64,000 nt of DNA from assembly GCA_045863335.1 (NCBI GenBank), contig BTVY01000007.1, positions 96,001-160,000 on the forward strand, read 5' to 3'. The stretch comes from Candidatus Hydrogenedentota bacterium. GTDB taxonomy: Bacteria; Hydrogenedentota; Hydrogenedentia; Hydrogenedentales; SLHB01. Position numbers and translations under genes: made by a program. This document shows positions 47,230 to 55,260 of this stretch, piece by piece (within the stretch, counting starts at the first letter, position 1; every line of letters begins with the position of its first letter). The notes under the pieces were generated by a model, which had not been told where the DNA came from, searched no databases, and was given only the letters and a program-made list of their open reading frames with translations.

Positions 47230-48225
47230 CTACACCAACGGCGGAATAGCGACAGACGCTTCCTCACGATGAGCAGTGTACGCGTACTCCATCAACTGCG
47301 TAAGCTGCCGGCCTTCTTCGATCCCAAACGGAATCGGCGTCCCCTCAAGGATGCCTTCCACCCACATGCGAATCGGATGCGGCAAGGCCTCCGGCAACCG
47401 GCCCGGCGTGATCCACTTGTCCGGGTCGAGTTTGTTGGACCGGATCTGCACGAGATCCTCGTCTGGGCCGCCGACGAAGAGCGAGCCTTCCGTGCCGGTC
47501 AGTTCCATGGAAAAAGACGCGTGGGCCGACATGAAACTCGTCTCGACAACCCCAATGCATCCCTCTTCGAACACGATGGTGCAGACCGCATTATCCTCCA
47601 CGTCGTGTCCGGTCATCTGCACGAACGTGGACGAGATTCTAATTGGCTCGCCGCAGATCCATCGCGCGAGATACATGGGGTGCGCGCCCAGGTCCATCAT
47701 CGCGCCGCCTCCCGTCCCGACGGGGTCCCAGAAATGAGGCGGCAACCAACCCGCGCTGCCTGCATCGTGGGACTCGCGCACGCGCAGCGAGGTCAATTGG
47801 CCGAGCAAGCCCTCGCGTACAGCCTGTTGCGCGTACAGGGTTGCAGGCCGCGTCCGGAATGGTAACGAGATGCAGAATTTCACGCCCGCCTTCTTCACGG
47901 CCGCGCTGACTCGATCGCACTCGGCCACGGTCAGGCACATGACCTTCTCCGTGAAGATGTGCTTGCCCGCCTCCGCCGCCGCGACCATGATGTCGGCATG
48001 CATGTTCGTCGGCGCGTCGATGATCACGCCGTCCACGTCTTGCCGCGCGATCACGCTGGTCAGATCCGGCACCCAGTCGGCGTTCAACTCCTTCGCCCAG
48101 GCTGCCCCGCGTTCCGGGACCTCGTCCCACACCGCCGCAATCGCGACCTCGGACATCTCCTGCAGACGTTTCGCATACCCCTTTGCATGGGCATGCCACC
48201 CGCTCAACATGGCAACGTTCAACAT
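47230..48225 (-). CDS. Gfo/Idh/MocA family oxidoreductase
   Basis: WHAHAKGY, AGKHIFTEK, GGGAMMDLGAHPMY and VEDNA motifs. Confidence 0.9.
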   Translation of the reverse strand: MLNVAMLSGWHAHAKGYAKRLQEMSEVAIAAVWDEVPERGAAWAKELNADWVPDLTSVIARQDVDGVIIDAPTNMHADIMVAAAEAGKHIFTEKVMCLTVAECDRVSAAVKKAGVKFCISLPFRTRPATLYAQQAVREGLLGQLTSLRVRESHDAGSAGWLPPHFWDPVGTGGGAMMDLGAHPMYLARWICGEPIRISSTFVQMTGHDVEDNAVCTIVFEEGCIGVVETSFMSAHASFSMELTGTEGSLFVGGPDEDLVQIRSNKLDPDKWITPGRLPEALPHPIRMWVEGILEGTPIPFGIEEGRQLTQLMEYAYTAHREEASVAIPPLV

Positions 48226-48332
48226 TCCGGGTATCCCTTCCGTACTACGAGTTTCCACGGCATTATTCGACTAGCGTCATTCCGAGTGTAGACACGCTTC
48301 GAGTGCCTATCTACTGCATCTTCGTTTTCCTG

Positions 48333-48384
48333 TTTTGAACATTCGAATTTGTTTCGGATTTCGAGATTCGGATTTCGGATTTGG
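48333..48384. repeat. TTCGGAT heptamer repeat element
   Basis: TTTTGAACATTCGAATTTGTTTCGGATTTCGAGATTCGGATTTCGGATTTGG. Confidence 0.65.
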
Positions 48385-48417
48385 TCTTCCCCATCGGCCT
48401 CCTGTGCCGTCGGCCCC

Positions 48418-50769
48418 CTACCCCCGTGGCGACCACAAAAACACCCTGCGGTGCAATCCTCCTCGTGGATTCCGCCCCGGAATTTCCGTTTCCACCAGGA
48501 TCGCCACGTGGTTGGTTTCGCCGGGGCGGATGAGGTCGGTCACGTCCACGTCGAAGGGGGCGGTGTCTTCCTGGAATCCGAGGCGCCAGTGGCGGGTGAG
48601 TTCGAAGGGCCGCAGGACGCCGTTGACCCAGACCCAGACGCCAATGTTGTAGGCCGCGCCGACGGTGAGCCGGTACTCGGTGCCTTTCGGCGCGGTCGGC
48701 ACGTCGAAGGACGTGCGGTACCAGGCCTTGCCCCAGTACCCCCAGCCCTTCTCGTCCTGGTACCCCTGCGTCTCCCAGTAGAGCGTCGTGTCGATGGGTT
48801 TCCAGCCGGGTTCCACGCCGGGCAGATACCACCGGTACAGGATGCCCATGTCTTCGGGGTCGGTCTTGAACTCCCATTCGCGCGGAAGCAGCGCAACGAG
48901 GTCGCCGGTGAGCCCGTTCATCTTGTCCGCAAACGTTTGGTAAGTGTCGCGGCGATATTCGACGCTGGACGTATGGTTCTTCGCAATGTCGGACGAGAAC
49001 GGGATCAATCCGTGCTTGACGGACTCCGCCTCCTCGCGTATCGCGAGCATGTTGTCGGCGTGCCGCACAGCCTCCGCGAACTGGCCTTCGGCCGCCGCGG
49101 TTTCCATGGCGAGGAATTCCATCATATGGTCGTGGGTGAGGCGCAGCACGTGGACGTGTTGACGCGTCTTCTCATCGCGCGCCAGTTGCTCCGCGTTCGC
49201 GATCAGGCTATCCAACTTGTCCGCCACCGGACGCACGATCAGCCGCCATTGCATCAGGCGGCCCCAAGTCTCGTGGGTCGTCGTGTTGTCGACGGCCTTC
49301 TCCAGGGTCCAGATGTAGTCTTCGACCGGTTTCGCGGCGTTGCCATAGAACCGCTGGCAGTATTCATGCACAAGCGCATCCACGTCCGCATCGGCGTCCC
49401 ACATGAGCTTCGCGCGGACGAAGTAGTTGAGGTGGGTGGTCATCCAGGAGTTGGAACCTTCGGTCCAGAACCCCCAGATACCGATGTCGCGGAAGTACGG
49501 CAAGTCGTGCTTGATGCAGTGGAGCGTCGGGAACGGCAGGTTCTCCAGCGATTTCGCGGGGTCGTAGTCGTAGATGAAGACCGGGTCGATCATATTCGTC
49601 CAGCGGTCCATGACCTGCTTGTACACCAGCCGCTGCCAGCACCGCGGATCGCCCGTGCGATGGATTGAACAGGTCGCGATGATCGCGGATTGGATGCCGA
49701 GGTTTGGTGAGAGTTCGGCGAAAATCTCCGGCGGCCGCACGCGGTTGGCATATCCGTTAGTCAGCACCCAGCGGTCGGGGAATTCCTTGTTGACCTCGAC
49801 GGCAATCCGGTTGGCAAAGGAGAACCAGAGATCGCTCAGACTCGGATCACCGTAGCCCTTTCCGCCGAACCCGGGATAGAAGCGCTGGCACTGTTCGCAG
49901 TAGCACATGGGGAACCCGTCCGGCGGCGCGAACCCGAAGCTGAGCACGGCGGGGTCGTCGCGGAAGGTCCGCTTGATGTTCTCGACGGCGATCAGGATGC
50001 CATCGGGATTCGACATGCACATCATGTCCCGCTGGCGTTCGCCGTTCTTGTCGAGGGCGAAGATCTCGGGGTGGCTTTCAAAGTACTCGTCCGGCGGCGC
50101 GAGGCGCGAGATGGACCCGTCGCCCGGCAGGCTGACCTTCAGCGCGTTGAGCTTGTTCCGGTCGAACCATTGGACAAACTCCGCGCGCGCGGTTTCGTCC
50201 GCGGGCATCCATCCCGAGTACCACAGGTTGCGAACGCGAAAGCTCGGACGTTCGATCCGGTCGAGATCGCGGACGATAATCGTGTCGGCCTCGGGCAAGA
50301 CTTCCCCGTACTCGCCGGGGAAATACCAGCGGCAACCTAAATCCTGTTCCAGGAAGTCGTATACGGCGAAGAGGGTCCCGCGGTAATTCCAGTCCTCGTT
50401 GCCCACCAGTACGAGCGTGTCGCCGACGGTCTTCAACACGATGGCTTCCTCGTCCATACGCGAGGTGTGCCCACTGGGCACCGCGACGTTCAGCGCCTCC
50501 ACCGCGGCGCTGCGGCCCACGAGAATGCGATTACCCTCGACGTTATCCGAAGCGTTCACGATGGGTAGAACCGCGCCGGTGATCTTCTCCAAGTAACTTC
50601 GCAGCACCTCGGCGGCTTCTCGCGCCTGGTCCGATGGCGCGTCCGCGATGACAATCGTCGCCGCCGGTTGCCCGGCGTCGACCAAGACGAGTTCCGCGTG
50701 CGACGCGAGCGAAGACACGAACACGGCGAGAAACAACCGAAGGAAAAGCCGATTCGAAATGAAGAACAC
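48418..50769 (-). CDS. Secreted DUF4838-like protein (GH-like TIM barrel with N-terminal hexosaminidase-like and C-terminal sugar-binding domain)
   Basis: Signal peptide, GTLFAVYDFLEQDLGCRWY, PSFRVR, YFESHPEIFAL, C.SNP, DG..MCYCEQC, LNYFVRAKLMWD and W.FKTDP...G.AWYRTSF motifs. Confidence 0.75.
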   Translation of the reverse strand: MFFISNRLFLRLFLAVFVSSLASHAELVLVDAGQPAATIVIADAPSDQAREAAEVLRSYLEKITGAVLPIVNASDNVEGNRILVGRSAAVEALNVAVPSGHTSRMDEEAIVLKTVGDTLVLVGNEDWNYRGTLFAVYDFLEQDLGCRWYFPGEYGEVLPEADTIIVRDLDRIERPSFRVRNLWYSGWMPADETARAEFVQWFDRNKLNALKVSLPGDGSISRLAPPDEYFESHPEIFALDKNGERQRDMMCMSNPDGILIAVENIKRTFRDDPAVLSFGFAPPDGFPMCYCEQCQRFYPGFGGKGYGDPSLSDLWFSFANRIAVEVNKEFPDRWVLTNGYANRVRPPEIFAELSPNLGIQSAIIATCSIHRTGDPRCWQRLVYKQVMDRWTNMIDPVFIYDYDPAKSLENLPFPTLHCIKHDLPYFRDIGIWGFWTEGSNSWMTTHLNYFVRAKLMWDADADVDALVHEYCQRFYGNAAKPVEDYIWTLEKAVDNTTTHETWGRLMQWRLIVRPVADKLDSLIANAEQLARDEKTRQHVHVLRLTHDHMMEFLAMETAAAEGQFAEAVRHADNMLAIREEAESVKHGLIPFSSDIAKNHTSSVEYRRDTYQTFADKMNGLTGDLVALLPREWEFKTDPEDMGILYRWYLPGVEPGWKPIDTTLYWETQGYQDEKGWGYWGKAWYRTSFDVPTAPKGTEYRLTVGAAYNIGVWVWVNGVLRPFELTRHWRLGFQEDTAPFDVDVTDLIRPGETNHVAILVETEIPGRNPRGGLHRRVFLWSPRG

Positions 50770-50945
50770 AGGTCGATCTCCTCGCGAGGTTCAAATCAGG
50801 CCGCCATCGTAGCACGCGAATAGTCGCAGGGCGAACCGTTCGCAAACGGTGGGGCTGCGTCTTGGACGTAGGTCTCTATGAATTCTCATTGGTTTCGCGT
50901 AATGAATTGTAAATATTCATCTACAATCGCGCATTGCATCTGTGA

Positions 50946-51026
50946 ATTGGCCACAAAAGAACGCATAGAACGCAAAAAATAGAGAACGAGTCACTTTCGC
51001 GTTCTATGCGTTCTTTCGTGGCCAAT
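50946..51026. repeat. Long inverted repeat with internal 9-bp AGAACGCA(T) units
   Basis: ATTGGCCACAAAAGAACGCATAGAACGCAAAA versus TTTCGCGTTCTATGCGTTCTTTCGTGGCCAAT. Confidence 0.8.
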
Positions 51027-51128
51027 ACATTTCTTCCATTGGCAGTGGTGCCGAACCGTAGACGCGGCGATTCCCATTTTGAGTCTGGATGCAGGTATCA
51101 TTCGATCACATCACGAGGGGATCCCAAG

Positions 51129-52721
51129 ATGAACTTGTCGCGACGCAACTTTCTGAAACTGGGCGCATCGAGCGCCGCCGCATCGTTGGCGTACCATTCG
51201 TGGCCGCGTGTGGTGAACGCGCAATCGGGCGTTCGCAGCTACCACGTGTGCGCCGCGCCGCAGGTGTTGGAAACGAATCCGGAATTACTGGACGTGTTCG
51301 TTGGCTCTGGCGTCGGACACGTGTGGATGGCCGCGTTCTTCTACGGGTACTGGCCCGTGGAACCCGAGGTCATCGCGAAATGGATCCGCCGCGTCGAAGA
51401 TAAAGGCCTGGCGCCTCACGTGATCAACATCCCCCTTGGGCATCCGGGCGACTCGCTGGGGTCGCCGGACGACTCCGTGGCGTTGGCCCCGCCCAGCCAT
51501 TGGCGCATGGCCGCGCGTCCGGACGGCTCCACTTATTCGGGCACGTCGCTCCATCCGCCCGCGACGGAAGAGAACGTGGCGGCCATGAAACGGATCGCGC
51601 CGCTGCGCGTTGACCGCGTCTTTCTGGACGACGACTTCCGCCTGGCGGTGGGACCCGGCGTGATCGGCGGGTGTTACTGCGACGATCATCGTGACGCGTT
51701 CTTGACCAAGTACGGCTACGCGGCGGAACGCTGGCCGGAGTTGCTGGACGATGTGAACGCCCGGCGTCTCTCTCCCCTGCTCCGCTCCTGGGTTGAGTTC
51801 ACCTGCGACCAGCTCACCGCCTGTTTCCGCGCGCAGCAACAGGCCGCGCCCGAGGTCGAACTCGGCAACATGATCATGTATTTCGGCGCGGAAAAGGCGG
51901 GCATCCGTCTCAGCGATTACGCCGACAGCCCCTTCCGCGTGGGCGAACTCATGTTCAACGACGCCAGCTTCGCGCCGGTCAAGGGCAAGACCAACGAACT
52001 CTATAGTTGCCTCTTCCACCGGCGCTACGCGAAACCGGAGTTGGCGTTCAGCGAGACAACCGCGTTTCCGGCGGACCAGTTGTCCGCGCCGAACATGGCC
52101 GCGAAGCTGGCCGTGACGACCATCGCGGACGTGCGCAACACCATGTACATGTCGGGCATCACGCCCTTCCCCGTGAGCCATTGGTACACGCTTGCGCCCG
52201 CTATGAAGAAGCACGCGGTCATCCACGAGCGCCTCGCGGGACACAAGCCCGCCGGACCCTTCAAACACTACTGGGGCGAGGCCAGCCGAACCATCGGCGA
52301 CGACAAGCCTTACAGTCTCTTTCTGGCGACCGGCGTCCCCTTCGAAGTCGTCGATCAACCCGGCGCCGACGGCTGGACCTTCCTCTCCGAATGGGAAGCC
52401 CGCGACGTGGCGGAAGGCAAACTTAAATCCCCCGGCACCACCTTCATCGCGCGCGAAACCCCGGCATCGAACGACGCCCTTCGCGCGATCCCGGAAGAAC
52501 TCCCCGCGCTCTTCGATTTCAAGCGCAGCATCGCCGATCACCTCCGCGACATCCCCCACGTCCTCGAAGACGAGCCCGTCGTCTGCGCCTGGTATCCCAC
52601 CGCCAACGCCCTGCTGCTGTGGAACCTGTCGGAGGCACGAAAAGAGTTGACGGTGGCGGTTTCCGAACAGCGGAGAACCGTGGCACTGGACGCGCTCGAC
52701 GTGATGTTGGTGAATCTGTAG
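51129..52721 (+). CDS. Tat-exported hypothetical protein, possible glycoside-hydrolase-like TIM barrel
   Basis: SRRNFLK Tat motif with AQS cleavage; FLDDDFRL...GCYCDDH motif; GAGGGG RBS. Confidence 0.7.
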   Translation: MNLSRRNFLKLGASSAAASLAYHSWPRVVNAQSGVRSYHVCAAPQVLETNPELLDVFVGSGVGHVWMAAFFYGYWPVEPEVIAKWIRRVEDKGLAPHVINIPLGHPGDSLGSPDDSVALAPPSHWRMAARPDGSTYSGTSLHPPATEENVAAMKRIAPLRVDRVFLDDDFRLAVGPGVIGGCYCDDHRDAFLTKYGYAAERWPELLDDVNARRLSPLLRSWVEFTCDQLTACFRAQQQAAPEVELGNMIMYFGAEKAGIRLSDYADSPFRVGELMFNDASFAPVKGKTNELYSCLFHRRYAKPELAFSETTAFPADQLSAPNMAAKLAVTTIADVRNTMYMSGITPFPVSHWYTLAPAMKKHAVIHERLAGHKPAGPFKHYWGEASRTIGDDKPYSLFLATGVPFEVVDQPGADGWTFLSEWEARDVAEGKLKSPGTTFIARETPASNDALRAIPEELPALFDFKRSIADHLRDIPHVLEDEPVVCAWYPTANALLLWNLSEARKELTVAVSEQRRTVALDALDVMLVNL

Positions 52722-52832
52722 CCATTTGCGTCTGAATGCTCGTTTCGTTTCCAGGGCGAAAGGTATAGAATAGACATCGGATTCGGGGGAATCCGGAGTC
52801 CAGTCGGACGCCGATGTACAAAAGGGGGCACT

Positions 52833-53987
52833 ATGCGCGAATTCTCCGATGACCTCACCGTGAACCGACGCACGTTTCTTGCCCAAGGCGCCGCGGGCGC
52901 GGGATTGGCGTTGACTGCAGGCGTGGCACAGGCGCAGGAGGCGGCGCCATCACCTCCCGGCGAGGTGCCAATGCGGACGCTGGGCCGCACGGGCATGAAG
53001 GTGAGCGAGGTCAGCGTCGGCGCCATGCGGACGAGCGAGCCCGCCATCTTGCAGGCGGCGTTCGACCGCGGCGTCAACTACGTCGACACCGCCCGGGGCT
53101 ACATGGGTGGCCGCAACGAGTCCATCGTCGGCGAGGCGATCAAAGGCCGACGAGATTCGCTCTTTGTCGCGACCAAGGTCGGCGCCGTAACGCCGAAGGC
53201 CGAAATCATGAAGTCCATGGACGAAAGTCTGCGCGCGTTGGGCACGGACTACGTCGACGTGTTCCAACTGCACATGCCGGTCGTGGCGGACGTGTTGCAC
53301 CCGGATGCCAAGGAAGCCTGCGCGGAACTCAAGCAACAAGGAAAGATCAAGTTTTCCGGCGTGACGACCCACAGCGATCAGGCAGCGGTCCTGGACGCGG
53401 TGGCGACGGATCCGGACCGCTTCTACGACGTGGTGCTTGTCGCCTACAACTTCGAGAGTCCGCCCGAAATCGGCGCGGCCATCGATCGCGCGGCCGCGGC
53501 CGGCCTCGGCATCATCGCCATGAAAACGCAGGCGGGCGGGTACAAGACCGACACGATGCCCGGAGCAACGCCCCATCAGGCCGCGATCAAATGGGTGTTG
53601 CAGAATCCCAACATCCATTGTTGTGTGCCCGCCATGGTCAACCTCCAGGAAGTGGTCGAAGACACGGGTGCCATGGGCCTGAAACTCACCCGGGCGGATG
53701 AGGAAGCGCTGGCCGAATATGCGCGATACACGCGGTCGCGATATTGCCGGTTATGTAAGGAATGTTTAGGGTCCTGCCCGCTTGGCGTCGATATCCCGAC
53801 GGTGAACCGATCGCTCATGTACGCCGACGGGTACAACGACTACGGACTCGCGCAGGAAACCTATGCGCGGTTGCCGCTACACCTGTCCGCGGCTGCGTGT
53901 ACCAACTGTGAGACCTGCACGGCGCGTTGCGTGAAAGGTCTCAACATCCCGGCGAACATGGCCCGCGCCAAGACGCTTTTCGCGTAG
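52833..53987 (+). CDS. Aldo/keto reductase with C-terminal [4Fe-4S] domain and Tat-like signal
   Basis: NRRTFL, RTLGRTG, DTARGY, ATK, QLH, IIAMKT, CRLCKECLGSCP and CTNCETCTARC motifs. Confidence 0.9.
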   Translation: MREFSDDLTVNRRTFLAQGAAGAGLALTAGVAQAQEAAPSPPGEVPMRTLGRTGMKVSEVSVGAMRTSEPAILQAAFDRGVNYVDTARGYMGGRNESIVGEAIKGRRDSLFVATKVGAVTPKAEIMKSMDESLRALGTDYVDVFQLHMPVVADVLHPDAKEACAELKQQGKIKFSGVTTHSDQAAVLDAVATDPDRFYDVVLVAYNFESPPEIGAAIDRAAAAGLGIIAMKTQAGGYKTDTMPGATPHQAAIKWVLQNPNIHCCVPAMVNLQEVVEDTGAMGLKLTRADEEALAEYARYTRSRYCRLCKECLGSCPLGVDIPTVNRSLMYADGYNDYGLAQETYARLPLHLSAAACTNCETCTARCVKGLNIPANMARAKTLFA

Positions 53988-54020
53988 TACGTGTCAACGC
54001 AGGAGAATGTGTGGCGGAAA

Positions 54021-54185
54021 GAACATCCCCCTTGATCCCCCTTCAAAGGGGGAATTGTGCATAACTGTGACAATCGGAGCGTTCTGCGTAACCTGCTCCG
54101 ACTTCAGGCTGTTCTCGGTCCCGAACGCAGCGCAACGCGTTGCGATTCATTCCCCCTTTGAAGGGGGATGAAGGGGGATGTTCTT
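54021..54185. repeat. REP doublet (GAACATCCCCCTTGATCCCCCTTCAAAGGGGGAA family), copy 2
   Basis: Unit at 54021-54055 matches 30612-30645; inverted unit at 54149-54185. Confidence 0.85.
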
Positions 54186-54250
54186 CGCACACTGAAGGTA
54201 TCTGAATGTGCCCTATATGTGTGAGAAGCCGTTCCTGAGAGGTCTCCGAA

Positions 54251-55183
54251 ATGAAACGCTTTCTATTACGGGCAAGGTCCGCGTTCTGGCTCTGCCTTAT
54301 TCTGTACGCGGTGAATGGTTGCGCGACGACCAGCGGATCCGTCGAGTTGGGCACGACTTTGCCAGACTCGGGTTTTGCCGGAAGCTGGCAGGCTTCCGCG
54401 CCAGCCGTGGTCTTCGACACGGAAACCATCTTCAAGCACATCAACGGCGAGGCGGAACTGTTCTTCCCGTACGGCTTTAAGCAGGCCGCTTACGCTTCCT
54501 ATGAGAACCAACAGTTTCCGGACGCAACCATCGAAGCGGACGTCTACGAAATGGGGTCCCCATTGGACGCCTTCGGGATCTACTCCAATTTCCGGTATCC
54601 GGATGCGGATTTCATTGACGTCGGATGCGAAGGGTTTGTCAGCGATCAACAGTTGATGTTCTACGTGGACGTCTACTTTGTGAAGCTGACGACCCTGGGC
54701 ACGATCGCCAACCCGCGAGATGCGCTACGTGCCTGCGCGGAAGAGATCCGGAAACGCCTTCCGAAATCGAATGCACCGCCTCCCGAACTTGCGCTCGTCG
54801 CGGTCGAAGGTGTCGTCCCGCGTACGGAGACCTACATTGCGGACAGCCTGCTCGGATACGAGTTCTTTCCACGAGGCCTGCTGGCGAACGCCGCCAACGG
54901 CAACGACTCGTTTCGCATATTCGTCGTAATCTTTAACGATGAAACCGCTGCCCGCGAAGGCTTGGAAGCCTACGTCGCGTTCCTGGAGAGCAACGGCGCA
55001 GCCGTGAAGACCGAGGATACTGGCCCAACGTCGCGCGCGATTGCGGTGGACCCTTTATACAAGAACGTCGTCGTCGCCCAGGCCGGCGCCTTCACCTTTG
55101 GGGCGGTTGGAATCTCGGACCCGGCAAACGTTCCGCTCGCCTTTGAGGAACTGTCACGACGATTAACAAAGAAACAACGGTAG
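54251..55183 (+). CDS. DUF6599-like lipoprotein
   Basis: Lipobox VNGC; IFKHINGEAELFFPYGF, VYEMGSPLDAFGIYS and LLGYEFFPRG motifs. Confidence 0.72.
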   Translation: MKRFLLRARSAFWLCLILYAVNGCATTSGSVELGTTLPDSGFAGSWQASAPAVVFDTETIFKHINGEAELFFPYGFKQAAYASYENQQFPDATIEADVYEMGSPLDAFGIYSNFRYPDADFIDVGCEGFVSDQQLMFYVDVYFVKLTTLGTIANPRDALRACAEEIRKRLPKSNAPPPELALVAVEGVVPRTETYIADSLLGYEFFPRGLLANAANGNDSFRIFVVIFNDETAAREGLEAYVAFLESNGAAVKTEDTGPTSRAIAVDPLYKNVVVAQAGAFTFGAVGISDPANVPLAFEELSRRLTKKQR

Positions 55184-55260
55184 TTTCACCCCAGCCCATC
55201 GCCCAGTCTTCGCAGAACAACGGCAAGCATCTTCGGTCCTCCCTGTGACTCTGCTCGTGA

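Noticed and set aside
51046-51110. TGGTGCCGA (also at about 20078) resembling a minus-strand tRNA 3' end
   Set aside because: No T-loop (GTTCGA) or cloverleaf follows.
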